From assembly GCA_038087875.1 (NCBI GenBank), contig CM075992.1, forward strand, positions 3,660,001 to 3,724,000: DNA of 64,000 bases, written 5' to 3'. This document shows, piece by piece, positions 40,705 through 53,646 of the stretch. Under the pieces are notes generated by a model. The model did not search any database and was not told the origin of the DNA. It saw only the letters and a list, made by a program, of their open reading frames with translations. The first letter of the stretch is position 1. The number at the start of each line of letters is the position of its first letter. This DNA comes from Malacoraja senta (lineage: Eukaryota). The position numbers and the translations under genes are program-made.

Positions 40705-41870
40705 TGCTCTGTCTCTCCTCCCCCCTCCCTCCACTCCACCACCTTCCCCGCTTCCTCTTCACTACCCTCTCCGTCCCTCTTCTCCCCATCTCTTCCCCAC
40801 CCCTCCCCTCCTCATTCCTTCACCTCCCCCCATTTCACCTCCCCACCTCCTCCTCCCCCTCCACCCCTTCCCCTCTGCTCCAGCCCTCCCCACCTTCCCA
40901 CTCCTTCCCACTCCACCACATTCCCCTCCTCTCCGTCCTCTTCTCCCCATCTCTTCCCCACCCCTCCCCTCCTCCTTCCTTGACCGCCCCCCATTTCACC
41001 TCCCCACCTCCTCCTCCCCTCCACCCCTTCCCCTCTGCTCCAGCCCTCCCCACCTTCCCACTCCTTCCCACTCCCTCCACTCCACCACCTTCCCCTCCTC
41101 TCCGTCCCTCTTCTCCCCATCTCTTCCCCTCCCCTCCTCCTTCCTTCACCTCCCCCATTTCACCTCCCCACCTCCTCCTCCCCCTCCACCCCTTCCCCTC
41201 TGCTCCAGCCCTCCCCACCTTCCCACTCCTTCCCACTCCACCACCTTCCCCTCCTCTCCGTCCCTCTTCTCCCCATCTCTTCCCCTCCCCTCCTCCTTCC
41301 TTCACCTCCCCCCATTTCACCTCCCCACCTCCTCCTCCCCCTCCACCCCTTCCCCTCTGCTCCAGCCCTCCCCACCTTCCCACTCCCTCCACTCCACCAC
41401 CTTCCCCTCCTCTCCGTCCCTCTTCTCCCCATCTCTTCCCCTCCCCTCCTCCTTCCTTCACCTCCCCCCATTTCACCTCCCCACCTCCTCCCCCTCCACC
41501 CCTTCCCCTCTGCTCCAGCCCTCCCCACCTTCCCACTCCCTCCACTCCACCACCTTCCCCTCCTCTCCGTCCCTCTTCTCCCCATCTCTTCCCCACCCCT
41601 CCCCTCCTCCTTCCTTCACCCCCCTCTATTCCACCTCCATCTCTCCTCCTCCCCCTCTGCTCCAGTCCTCCCCACCTTCCCACTCCCTCCAATACCCCCT
41701 CTCTCCCTCCCCACCCTCTCCCATCCCACTCCCTCCACCACCCCTCCCCTCTTCCTCCCTCCCTCCACCCCCTTTCTCCTGCCCACACCTCCTCCTCCTC
41801 CTCCTCCCCGCCTCCATCCCCTCCCATCTCCACCACCTCCTTCTCCTCTCACTCTCACTCTGTCTCTCTC
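40705..41870. repeat. C/T-rich tract with higher-order ~140-bp minisatellite units
   Basis: Recurrent ctctgctccagccctcc / catttcacctcccc / ctccgtccctcttctccccatc blocks. Confidence 0.9.
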
Positions 41871-41994
41871 AGGACGTCTCACAAGTCACAACGCTGAAGG
41901 AGAGAGAGGGCAGGACTTCCCTCCCCCTTCTCGCCGGCAAGTGGAGCGGTGCCCTGCCCTGTTTTAAAAGCTTCAACCTCTGCGAGTGTGTGTT

Positions 41995-42525
<531 letters not shown>

Positions 42526-44019
42526 ACGCAGCGAATACATGCAGCGACTCCTTGGAACCTGTCGCCTTTGAGAAGGTGCAAGTTGTCCCACCAGCGCCCG
42601 GACTGTAGGAAGATCCTCGCCGAGAGTTGGTTCAACAGGAGAAGGAGCCGGACTCTCTCTCTCTCTCTCTCTGTCTCTGTCGCACTCCGCCCGGCCACCT
42701 CTAGTCCACGGGAGAGGAAGCATCGCCGAGGTAGGTCTTCATGTGAAGTATGTCTGGTGGTCCTGGGGCTTTCCGAGGGTCCCCTCTTCTCTGACCAAGG
42801 ACAACTGTTTGGACTTGAGGGAGGGTCGTGAAGCCAGTTGTCGAGATCTCCAGTGTTTGGAAGGGCTGCGTGTTGTCTGAGAACCTATTTGGATGGAGAG
42901 GTATTTCAGGGGGGGGGGGGTTATTCATTGGGGAAGAGCAAATGAGTTGGCCAAGAGGGGAGGGGGCAGGAAGGAGGTGGAGAAGAGGGGGGTGGGTAGA
43001 AAGACTATGGAGGAGGTAGGGAGAGGAGGTGGGGATGGGGAGAGGGAGTGAGGGATAATGTTGGAAGGGGTGGGTAGGAGATAGAGAGGAGAGGGATTGG
43101 AGAAGGAGTATGGGGGGTGGGGTGGGTAGGGAGGAGAGGCGAGAGGGTCATGTTGGAAGTTGGGTGTGACGAGGGTCACTGGGAGGAAGATAGCGGAGTC
43201 AGGGGATATGGGGAGAAGGCAGGAACGGGGTACTGATTGGGGATGATCAGCCATGATCACATTGAATGGCGGTGCTGGCTCGAAGGGCCGAATGGCCTAC
43301 TCCTGCACCTATTGTCCATTGTCTATTGAAGTGGGGAGAGGCAGCGAGGAAGGTGATGGAGAAAGTGGGACGGAGGAAGAGGTGAAGACCAAAAGAGCCA
43401 ACATGACTGGCGGGTTCCCCAAACCTTCTCCAGAGAGCGCGAACAGGCGCGATGGCCCAAATGGCCTTTGAGACTCTGCAGAGAAACGAGTGCTCTGTTT
43501 CCCAATCTGATTTGCTTATGAGACTGGGGCTATCAGAAGGGGGAGTGGCGAGGGGGGGGGGTGAGTGAGGAAGGAGGTCTCCCCCGGAGGAGAGAGGAGG
43601 GGGGTGGGGGGGGGCGTCTGGGAGTCTGTGGGAGGTGGGTGCTGGGTCCACAATCCTCAGCCATCCTCTCCGGGACTCCGGCAACTGTGGTCTGCATCCT
43701 CCCTCTCAACAGTGAGTGTGAGTGAGTGAATGCCAGGGGAACACAGGGTCTAGGCAGCGTGTAGGTGGTTGCCCTTCCAACCTTTGAGCCCAAACGTGGG
43801 GTTACATCAACAGCAGGAAAGGCTCAGCAGTTGAGAAGAGAGAAAGGGACGGCTTCTTCCCAGCCAAGTGAACCATCCTATCAAGCAGTCGTGAACTATT
43901 ATCTGAAGGGTCTCGGGCCGAAACGTCACCCATTCCTATCCAGAGATGCTGCCTGTCCCGCTGAGTTACTCGTACTATCTTTGATCAGACTTTACTGGCT
44001 TTACCTTGCATACCATATA

Positions 44020-44492
44020 ACAATTCCTGGGATGTCAGGACTTTCATATGAAGAAAGACTGGATAGACTTGGCTTGTACTCGCTAGAATTTAGGAGATTG
44101 AGAGGGGATCGTATAGAAACGTACAAAATTCTTGTGGGGTTGGACAGGCTAGATGCAGGAAGATTGTTCCCGATGTTGGGGAAGTCCAGGACAAGGGGTC
44201 ACAGCTTAAGGATAAGGGGGAAATCCTTTAAGACCGAGATGAGGAAAAACTTTTTTCACACAGAGAGTGGTGAATCTCTGGAACTCTCTGCCACAGAGGG
44301 TTGTTGAGGCCAGTTCATTGGCTATATTTAAGAGGGAGTTAGATGTGGCCCTTGTGGCTAAGGGGATCAGGGGGTATGGAGAGAAGGCAGGTACAGGATA
44401 CTGAGTTGGATGATCAGCCATGATCATATTGAATGGCGGTGCAGGCTCGAAGGGCCGAATGGCCTACTCCTGCACCTATTTTCTATGTATCT
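44020..44492 (+). mobile_element. CR1 LINE 3' fragment
   Basis: IPGMSGLSYEERLDRLGLYSLEFRRLRGD; conserved 3' end. Confidence 0.9.
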
Positions 44493-44884
44493 ATTAAACG
44501 TTATTCCCTTATCGTGTATCTGTACACTGTTAAAGGCTCAATTGTAATCATGTACGGCCTTTCCGCTAACTGGATAGCACAAAAAGCTTTTTGCTGTACC
44601 TTGGTACACGTGACAATAAACTGAACTGAAACTGCACTGAAACTGAACTAACCAGCTTCAGATCCCAAATCTTCCATCAGAATGGCGGTTCTTGCCAAGT
44701 GTGTTCATAAGTCATAGGAAACAGATGTGGACCGTTCAGCCCATCAGGTCCACTCCGCCATTCGATCATAGCTGAATGCTTGTCTGTTCGATGGGTGTGC
44801 GATCAAAACTCTGTCTATGTATGTCTAAGATCTCATGCCCAATTCGGACGGCAAAGTGCTGGAGTAACTCAGCGGGCCAGGCAG

Positions 44885-45084
44885 NNNNNNNNNNNNNNNN
44901 NNNNNNNNNNNNNNNNNNNNNNNNNNNNNNNNNNNNNNNNNNNNNNNNNNNNNNNNNNNNNNNNNNNNNNNNNNNNNNNNNNNNNNNNNNNNNNNNNNNN
45001 NNNNNNNNNNNNNNNNNNNNNNNNNNNNNNNNNNNNNNNNNNNNNNNNNNNNNNNNNNNNNNNNNNNNNNNNNNNNNNNNNNNN
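44885..45084. other. Assembly gap (200 N)
   Basis: Run of exactly 200 N. Confidence 1.
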
Positions 45085-45239
45085 AAGCTGCAAGGGTAAT
45101 GGAACCCATAAGAGGATTTGCCAGTTCAATCCTGACTACGGATGAGTTTGTACGTTCTCCCCATGGGTTTTCTCCGAGATCCTCGGTTTCCTCCCACTCC
45201 GGTTATGTAGGCTAGCATGCAGGAGTAGGCATTCGGCAC

Positions 45240-47330
45240 AAAGTAGGCCATTCGGCCCTTCGAGCCTGCACCGCCATTCAATATGATCATGGCTGATCAT
45301 CCAACTCGGTATCCTGTACCTGCCTTCTCTCCATACCCCCTGATCCCTTTAGCTACAAGGGCCACATCTAACTCCCTCTTAAATATAGCCAATGAACTGG
45401 CCTCGACTACCTTCTGTGGCAGAGAGTTCCAGAGATTCACCACTCTCTGTGTGAAAAATGTTTTTCTCATCTCGGTCCTAAAGGATTTCCCCTTAATCCT
45501 TAAACTGTGACCCCTTGTCCTGGACTTCCCCAACATCGGGAACAATCTTCCTGCATCTAGCCTGTCCAACCCCTTAAGAATTTTGTACGTTTCTATAAGA
45601 TCCCCCCTCAATCTTCTAAATTCTAGCGAGTACAAGCCGAGTCTATCCAGTCTTTCTTCATATGAAAGTCCTGACATCCCAGGAATCAATCTGGTGAACC
45701 TTCTCTGTACTCCCTCTATGGCAAGAATGTCTTTCCTCAGATTTGGGGACCAAAACTGTACGCAATGCTCCAGGTGTGGTCTCACCAAGACCCTGTACAA
45801 CTGCAGTAGAACCTCCCTGCTCCTATACTCAAATCCTTTTGCTATGAATGCTAACATACCATTCGCTTTCTTCACTGCTTGCTGCACCTGCATGCCTACT
45901 TTCAATGACTGGTATACCATGACACCCAGGTCTCGTTGCATCTCCCCTTTTTCTAATCGGCCACCATTTAGATAATAGTCTACTTTCCTGTTTTTGCCAC
46001 CAAAGTGGATAACCTCACATTTCTCCACATTATACTGCATCTGCCATGCATTTGCCCACTCACCCAGCCTATCCAAGTCACCTTGCAGCCTCCTAGCATC
46101 CTCCTCACAGCTAACACTGCCCCCCAGCTTTGTGTCATCCGCAAACTTGGAGATGTTGCATTCAATTCCCTCGCCCAAATCATTAATATATATTGTAAAT
46201 AGTTGGGGTCCCAGCACTGAGCCTTGCGGTACCCACTAGTCACTGCCTGCCATTGTGAAAAGGAGTAGTTTACTCCTACTCTTTGCTTCCTGTTTGCCAG
46301 CCAGTTCTCTATCCACATCAATACTGAACCCCCAATACCGTGTGCTTTAAGTTTGTATACTAATCTCTTATGTGGGAACCTTGTCGAAAGCCTTCTGAAA
46401 GTCCAGATATAACACATCCACTGGTTCTCCCCTTATCCACTCTACTAGTTACATCCTCGAAAAATTCTATAAGATTCATCAGACATGATTTACCTTTCGT
46501 AAATCCATGCTGACTTTGTCCAATGATTTCACCACTTTCCAAATGTGCTGCTATCCCATCTTTAATAACTGACTCTAGCAGTTTCCCCACTACCGATGTT
46601 ATACTAACTGGTCTGTAATTCCCGTTTTCTCTCTCCCTCCCTTTTTAAAAAGGGGGGTTACATTAGCTACCCTCCAATCCTCAGGAACTACTCCAGAATC
46701 TAAGGAGTTTTGAAAAATTATCACTAATGCATCCACTATTTCTTGTGCTACTTCCTTAAGTACTCTGTGATGCAGCCTATCTGGCCCTGGGGATTTATCG
46801 GCCTTTAATCCATTCAATTTACTTACCACTTCCCGGCTAACCTGGATTTCACTCAGTTCCTCTATCTCATTTGACCCGCGGTCCCCTGCTATTTCCGGCA
46901 GATTATTTATGTCTTCCTTAGTGAAGACAGAACCAAAGTAGTTATTCAATTGGTCTGCCATGTCCTTGTTCCCCATGATCAATTCACCTGTTTCTGACTG
47001 CAAGGGACCTACATTTGTTTTAACTAATCTCTTTCTCTTCACATATCTATAAAAACTTTTGCAGTCAGTTTTTATGTTCCCTGACAGTTTTCTTTCATAA
47101 TCTATTTTCCCTTTCCTAATTAAGCCCTTTGTCCTCCTTTTCTGGACTCTGAATTTCTCCCAGTCCTTTGGTAGGCTGCTTTTCTGGCTAATTTGTACGC
47201 TTCATCTTTGTTTTGATACTAACCCTGATTTCCTTATTATCCACGGATGCACTACCTTCCCTGATTTATTCTTTTGCCAAACTGGGATGAACAATTTTTG
47301 TAGTTCATCCATGCAGTCTTTAAATGCCTT
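45240..47330 (-). mobile_element. CR1 (HER1-like) LINE, 5'-truncated ORF2 with frameshifts
   Basis: KSPGPD, WRVANVTPLFKKG, SQHGFTKGKSCL, KFADDTKLGG, VRPHLEHCVQFWSP across frames; ends in the conserved 3' hairpin. Confidence 0.93.
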
Positions 47331-47631
47331 ATCCCCAGTTCATCCCCAATCAGTACCCCGTTCCTGCCTTCTCCCCATATCCCCCTGACTCCGCTATTTT
47401 TAAGAGCCCTATCTAGCTCTCTCTTGAAAGCATCCAGAGAACCAGCCTCCACCGCCCTCTGAGGCAGAGAATTCCACAGACGTTTTTACCACAATTTAGT
47501 CACTGCACAGATGCAAGTTACATGTGGAAATGAAGGAAATCATATCATTCTAACTATTAATAAATGATATCCAAGTTGCTGTTACAGTACTGCATACTGA
47601 GGATCTGCAGTCCCCTCGATCGGGACTATAT

Positions 47632-47644
47632 TGCCACCTGGTGG
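47632..47644 (-). promoter_or_regulatory. Candidate CTCF site
   Basis: Minus strand CCACCAGGTGGCA matches the CTCF core, in non-repetitive sequence. Confidence 0.5.
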
Positions 47645-47685
47645 CGAGTCTGCACAGTGCTGGCATCAGAAAGAAATAATATCAC

Positions 47686-47949
47686 TATTCTCCCAATTCT
47701 GCTAGCCCTTGCTGTCCCCTCCCCTTCATCAGCCCTCTGGTTGTCTCCTCCCTCCCCCAGCCCTCAGGCTCCTCCTCCGCCTTTTTCCTTTTTTCCTTTC
47801 TTCTCCCCACCCCCTATCAGTCTGAAGAAGGGTTTCAGCCCGAAACGTTGCCTATTTCCTTCGCTCCATAGATGCTGCTGCACCCGCTGAGTTTCTCCAG
47901 CATTTTTGTGTACCTTCGATTTTCCAGCATCTGCAGTTCCTTCTTTAAC
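47686..47949 (+). mobile_element. 5'-truncated Penelope-like 3' end with hammerhead-like motif (47822-47849)
   Basis: Near-identical to 54763-55027; 14-bp TSD agaaataatatcac (47672-47685, 47950-47963). Confidence 0.85.
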
Positions 47950-48464
47950 AGAAATAATATCACGTTGAATTCTCTTAAATAAAAACATACAAGTACTTGC
48001 TTTTGCATTTTATATTTCTGCTGGGTTGGTGACAATTCTTTAGCTTATGAGCTTAAATACAGCCTGGCTCACAACAAGGAGATTTCAGGCCGCGAGCTCA
48101 AAATAAGGAGAGGCCCAAACAACTAAAATCATCATGGCTTGAAAAGTCAAAGATACACACAAAGTCAGCAGATCAGACAGCATCTCTGAAGGAGAGTAGA
48201 AACTAGGAGCTGCAGATGCTGCTTTACAATAAGAAGATTGGTTCCAACCCAAAACTTCACCTGTCCTTTTAATCCAGAGATGCTGCCTGACCCGCTGGGT
48301 TACTCCAACACTCTGTGTCTATCTTTGGCATAAACCAGCGTTTGCAGTTCCTTGGTTCTACATTATGGCTTGAAAGTCAACCAGTCCTTGAGCCTCTTTG
48401 ACAAGAATAAAATCTAATCTAATCTCTAATCTAATCTAATCTTTGGGGTTAGGTTAGGTAAGGG

Positions 48465-49190
48465 GATGGTGCAGCGAGACCTGGGCGTCCTTGTACACCG
48501 CTCACTGAAAGTTGACGTGCAGGTCCAGCAGGCAGTGAAGAAAGCTAATGGAATGTTGACCTTCATGACAAGAAGATTTCAGTATAGGGGTAGAGAGGTT
48601 CTTCTGCAGTTGTATAGGGCTCTGGTAAGACCACATCTGGAGTATTGTGTACAGTTTTGGTCTCCTAATTTGAGGAAGGACATCCTTGTGATTGAGGCAG
48701 TGCAGCGTAGGTTCACGATATTGATCCCTGGGATGGCGGGACTGTCATATGAGGGAAAGATTGAAAAGACTAGGCTTGTATTCACTGGAGTTTAGAAGGA
48801 TGAGGGGAAGATCTTATAGAAACATATAAAATTATAAAAGGACTGGACAGGCTAGATGCAGGAAAATGTTCCCAATGTTGGCGAGTCCAGAACCAAGGGC
48901 CACAGTCTTAGAATAAAGGGGAGGTCATTTAGTACTGAGGTGAGAAAAAACGTTTTCACCGAGAGTTGTGAATTTGTGGAATTCCCTGCCACAGAGGGCA
49001 ATGGAGGCCAAATCACTGGATGGATTTAAGAGAGAGTTAGATGGAGCTCTAGGGGCTAGTGGAATGAAGGGATATGGGGAGAAGGCAGGCACAGGTTATT
49101 GATTGGGGACGATCAGCCATGATCACAAATGAATGGCGGTGCTGGCTTGAAGGGCCGAATGGCCTCCTCCAGCACCTATTTCTATGTTTC
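48465..49190 (+). mobile_element. CR1 LINE 3' fragment
   Basis: QRDLGVLVHRSLK...[14 protein letters not shown]; tail ctatttctatgtttc. Confidence 0.9.
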
Positions 49191-49889
49191 AACCTTGGCC
49201 AAGGCCTCCACATCTCCCCGGGGGATGCATTTAAATTGCCCACAGAGGAAAGTGTGAAGTATGCCCGCAATTATAAAGGTAGCATTACAACATCTGCAGA
49301 TGCTAGCAACAGCCCCACAGACTTTAGTGCTTACAACCACCTCAGGAGAAGATGTTTTAAACACAGAGGAGCACAACATTTTAGGAAGTTCCCGATGGGG
49401 AACGCTGCACTGTCTTTAAGATGCGAAAGCAAGTCCTTATCTGATCTCTCGGGCGGACAGCAGCTCTTTTTCTAGAAAAACTGGTCTCCCTAGTGCCTGG
49501 TGTTTATCACTGGATGGTCACGGAAAAGGATTAACTGGTCAATATTATATTACTGTTTGCGAGACCTTGGTGTGCACAAAATGGTTGCCAAGTTTCCTAC
49601 GTTGCAAATGACCACACCAAGTAGTTGACTGGTTGTCAAGCGTGAAAGGAGCTACGGAAATTAGATTCTCTTTGTAAACGTGTCAGCATTTTTTTTTTTT
49701 GGAAAACTAAATGTCAAAAGACCACAACAACAGATTTGGGTTTTTTAAAATGCAGCAAGGCACAATGATCTGAAACGTGGCTGCTGGTTTAAAATGTACT
49801 TTCAAAAGGGCATTGCATCAATATTTGGACAAATTTCAAGTGGTTAGGCAAGTTAATAGGGACCAAACTCCAATTAGCATATGAACTGG

Positions 49890-50080
49890 GGTAGCATGGT
49901 GGCACAGCGGTAGAGTTGCTGTCTCACAGCGCCAGAGACCCAGGTTCCATCCTGACTACGGGTGCTTTTTGTACGGAGTTTGTACGTACTCCCCGTGACC
50001 GCGTGGGTTTTATCCGGGGCTCCGGTTTCCTCTCACACTCCAAAGATGCACATGTTTGTAGGTTAATTGGCTAGGGTAAA
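49890..50080 (+). mobile_element. V-SINE, tail truncated
   Basis: Same family. Confidence 0.75.
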
Positions 50081-50489
50081 AATTGTACTCCAGCACTTTT
50101 TGTGTATCTCTGGTATAAACTAGCACCTGCAGTTCCTTGTTTCTGAAGAAGCTCTAAAGAAGGGTTCGGACCCGAAACATCACCCATCAGTTTTCTCCAG
50201 AGATGAACCGCTGAGTTACTCCAGCACTTTTTGTGTATCTCTGGTATAAACTAGCACCTGCAGTTCCTTGTTTCTGAAGAAGCTCTAAAGAAGGGCTCTG
50301 ACACGAAACGTCACCCATCCCTTTTCTCCAGGTATGCTGCGTAACCTGCGGAGTTACTCCACCTCTTTGTGTTCATCTCCACTTAACATGCTGGGGTCAG
50401 TGGCCAAATGTTTGTCTTGGGTGCAGGTTTTAGGAAGTATCTTAAAGAGATAGAACATTTTTAATTTCACACGAGGACGACTTACTCAC

Positions 50490-50670
50490 CGAAAGCCTTC
50501 AGGGGCTCGACGAGACGCAGAGTGAACAACTGCCCCTTCACGAGACCCTTCAGCAACTTGGCGACCTCGAAGTGGCGGGATCCAATGACATTCTGGCCGT
50601 TGATGGTCTCGATCAGATCCCCCACCTTGACGACCTGCATCCGATCAATGAGACTGCCCTCCTTGATTCT
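50490..50670 (-). CDS. GIPC1: Next GIPC1-like coding exon (PDZ C-terminal half): RIKEGSLIDRMQVVKVGDLIETINGQNVIGSRHFEVAKLLKGLVKGQLFTLRLVEPLKAF
   Basis: 181-bp exon between cag| (50672-50671) and |gtgagt (50489-50488); in frame with the 186-bp exon; typical GIPC PDZ sequence ending EP.KAF. Confidence 0.92.
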
Positions 50671-51149
50671 CTGCCAATTCAAACACAGTGCTTAGGGAGG
50701 CTGGGCAAGGGTCGTGTTTTCACGCTGCTCTGACAATAGACAATAGGTGCAGGAGTAGGCCATTCGGCCCTTCGAGCCAGCACCGCCATTCAATGTGATC
50801 ATGGCTGATCATCCCCAATCAGCACTCCGTTCCTGCCTTCTCTGCTGTGCTGAAATTCAAGACAATGGAGTCAGAGGGTGGTGAATCCTTTTAGCCAGAG
50901 GGTGGTGAATCTGTGGAATTCATTGCCACAGACGGCTGTGGAGGACAAGTCAATGGTTATATTTTTAAGGCAGAGATCGACAGATTCACGATTAGGACGG
51001 GTGTCAGGGGTTATGGAGGGAAGGCAGGAGAATGGGATCGAGAGGGAAAGATCAGCCATGATTGTGTGGCGGAGTGGACCCGATGGGCCAAATGGCCTAA
51101 TTCTGCTCCTCGAACTTATGAAGACCTCTTTGCTTCTATCACTTTTCCG

Positions 51150-51806
51150 AGATTAAGGAGATTGTTACGCACCTCTTGAAAGACTGGAATGGCAGCACTG
51201 CGCTCTGCAGTGGGCCACAACAGAGATGAGCGGCAATGTTAAACAGCAAGAGAAAACACGGGGCCACCATCACGTAACATTGGGGGAAAGTACCAGTGGG
51301 TACTGGTCTCCGATATTGTCTTTGCACTATTTGGGAGAAAGATCGTCACAGAGACACCACGACGAGTGCGCCTCAAGTCACGGCGCCCCTTTGCCACGCA
51401 AGCCCAAGGGCTGCTCTGCACAACACCGGCTGACGCTTCTAAGGCCGCCTGGGTCAAGACGAGGTGGAGAGACCAGTGGAAGTCAGCGGAACCTAGGCTA
51501 CACCATTACATCAATGACCCCATGGACGTCCCTGGCCAGGACCTACCCCGAAAGCAGTGGACAACCCTCAACCACTTGAGGGCAGGCATCGGACGCTATG
51601 GAGTAGCGATGAAGCGGTGGGGCCTCGTGGACAGCGCCTCCTGCGAGTGTGGGGACCCAACACAGACAGTGGAGCACATGGTCACCAGTTGCCCCAAACA
51701 CCGGCCACCGAATGGTGAACGAGGTCTGATTGACCTGGACGATGACACGTTGGCCTGGCTCGCCTCAACGGAGCTGCAGGTCTAAAAGACACACGACAGA
51801 AGAAGA
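51150..51806 (+). mobile_element. Vingi/Ingi-like (I-group) non-LTR 3' fragment
   Basis: RLKSRRPF, WTTLNHLRAG, CECG...EH...C zinc knuckle, stop then short UTR and (aga)n tail. Confidence 0.6.
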
Positions 51807-52579
51807 GAAAGATTGGGATGAACTCAAGGAACTCCAAAAATTTGATGTACTGAGAAACTACGCAAAGCAGGAGGAAGAGCAACTATCAACAACTCGAGAG
51901 TGGTCCTCAGCCACCATTTTCTGAGGACCCCCTTCCTTACTAGGAGGTGAAAATACCACGATCGGATTGCTAACTCAAGGTCCATGGATAAGAATACTTT
52001 TTCACCTTAGGTAGCGGGAAGTGAGTACACCATTTCCCAGAGTCAAAGATTACAAAGTCAAAGTCAATTTTATTCGCCACACGCACCCGAAGGTGCAGTG
52101 AAATGAATTTGCCAGCAGCGATACACTTAAAAAGGACACACAATACACAACAGAATTTAACACAAACATCCACCACAGCATTCTTCACTGTGGTGGAAGG
52201 CAGCAAAGTTCAGCCAGTCCTCCTTCCTTTGTTCACCTGTGGTCGGGGCCATGAACCCTCCGTAGTCGCCGCTACGGACGGCCCTCTCGTCGGGATGATC
52301 CAAACTCCGACATCGGGACGGTCGAACACACTCCGCGGCTTGGAGTACCCGAATCAGCACTTTACACAGCAAGGATTTGGAAAGCATCTGTTGAGCCAGA
52401 ATCCCGGCTGATAAGGACTGGTGCTGATGTGTAAGTAAAGCTGAACAGTACAGCGTTTCCACAATTAATCGGTAGCCATCTTTTAATCACCACGCCAGCT
52501 TCTTACAGTATCCCCATTTCACGGCCAATAGCTCTACCCAGTGGTGAAGTGCGAGACTGCAGGCCCGTCATCGATTTCA

Positions 52580-53077
52580 AGACTCAAGAGAGTTTATTGT
52601 CATGTGTCCCAGATAGGACAATGAAATTCTTGCTTTGCTTCAACACAACAGAATATAGTAGGCATGAATACAGAACAGATCAGCGTGTCCATATACTATT
52701 GAATATATATATACACACGTAAATAAACAGATAAAGTGCAATGGGCTATTAAAGTTCAGATTTTTGTTAGAGTTGAGTTTAATAGCCCCGATGGCTGTGG
52801 GGAAGCAAGCTATTCCTGAACCTGGATGTTGCAGATTTCAGGCTCCTGTACCTTCTACCTGAAGGCAGCAGGGAGATGAGTGAGTGGCCAGGATGGTGTG
52901 GGTCTTGATGATGCTGGCAGCCTTTTTGAGGCAGTGACTGCGATAGATCCCCTCGATGGTGGGGAGGTCAGAGCCGATGATGGACTGGGCAGTGCTTACA
53001 ACTTTTTCAGTCTTTTCCGCTCCTGGGCGCTCAAGGTGCCGAACCAGGCCACGATGCAACCGGTCAGCATGCTCTCT
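52580..53077 (-). mobile_element. Rex1-type LINE 3' fragment
   Basis: Similar to 22200-22496 and to 3' UTR copies at 27445-27730 and 32640-32990. Confidence 0.8.
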
Positions 53078-53646
53078 AAAATCAAGGGTGATTTTCCAGA
53101 GCCTTTCGGGATTATCAGGCCAACAAATGTCGTGAGAGGAGAGGAGCCGAACACTACCGGATTAGTCTACCTAGGCCACTCAGGGGCCCCCGAGACACCA
53201 GACACTCGGAAGTTGGCTATGAGAACGGATCTGCTGGGAAGAAGAAAACTAGGAGAGAGGAGGGGCTGGTAACTTGTGCCATTTGATAGCGCAAAGCACA
53301 GCAGGTCATAGGTGAAGATAGACACAAAATGCTGGAGTAACTCAGCGGGACAGGCAGCATCTCTGGAGAGAAGGAATGGGTGACGTTTCGGGTCGAGGTC
53401 CTTCTTCAGTACGACCCGAAACGTCACCCATTCCTTCTCTCCAGAGACGCTGCCTGTCCCGCTGAGTTACTCCAGCGTTTTGTGTCTATCTTCGGTTCAA
53501 ACCAGCATCTGCAGTTCCTTCTTACACCGGCGAGGTGGGTTTTCATAAGCAGATGGGTGGACAAAGGCCAGAGGGGGAAAATAAGGTGTGAGACAAACGG
53601 ATTGAAGAGCTGTGAATTATGAAGCCAGAGGAAGGAATGTTGGTTG

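Noticed and set aside
44776..45145. ORFs spanning X residues
   Set aside because: Artefacts of the N gap.
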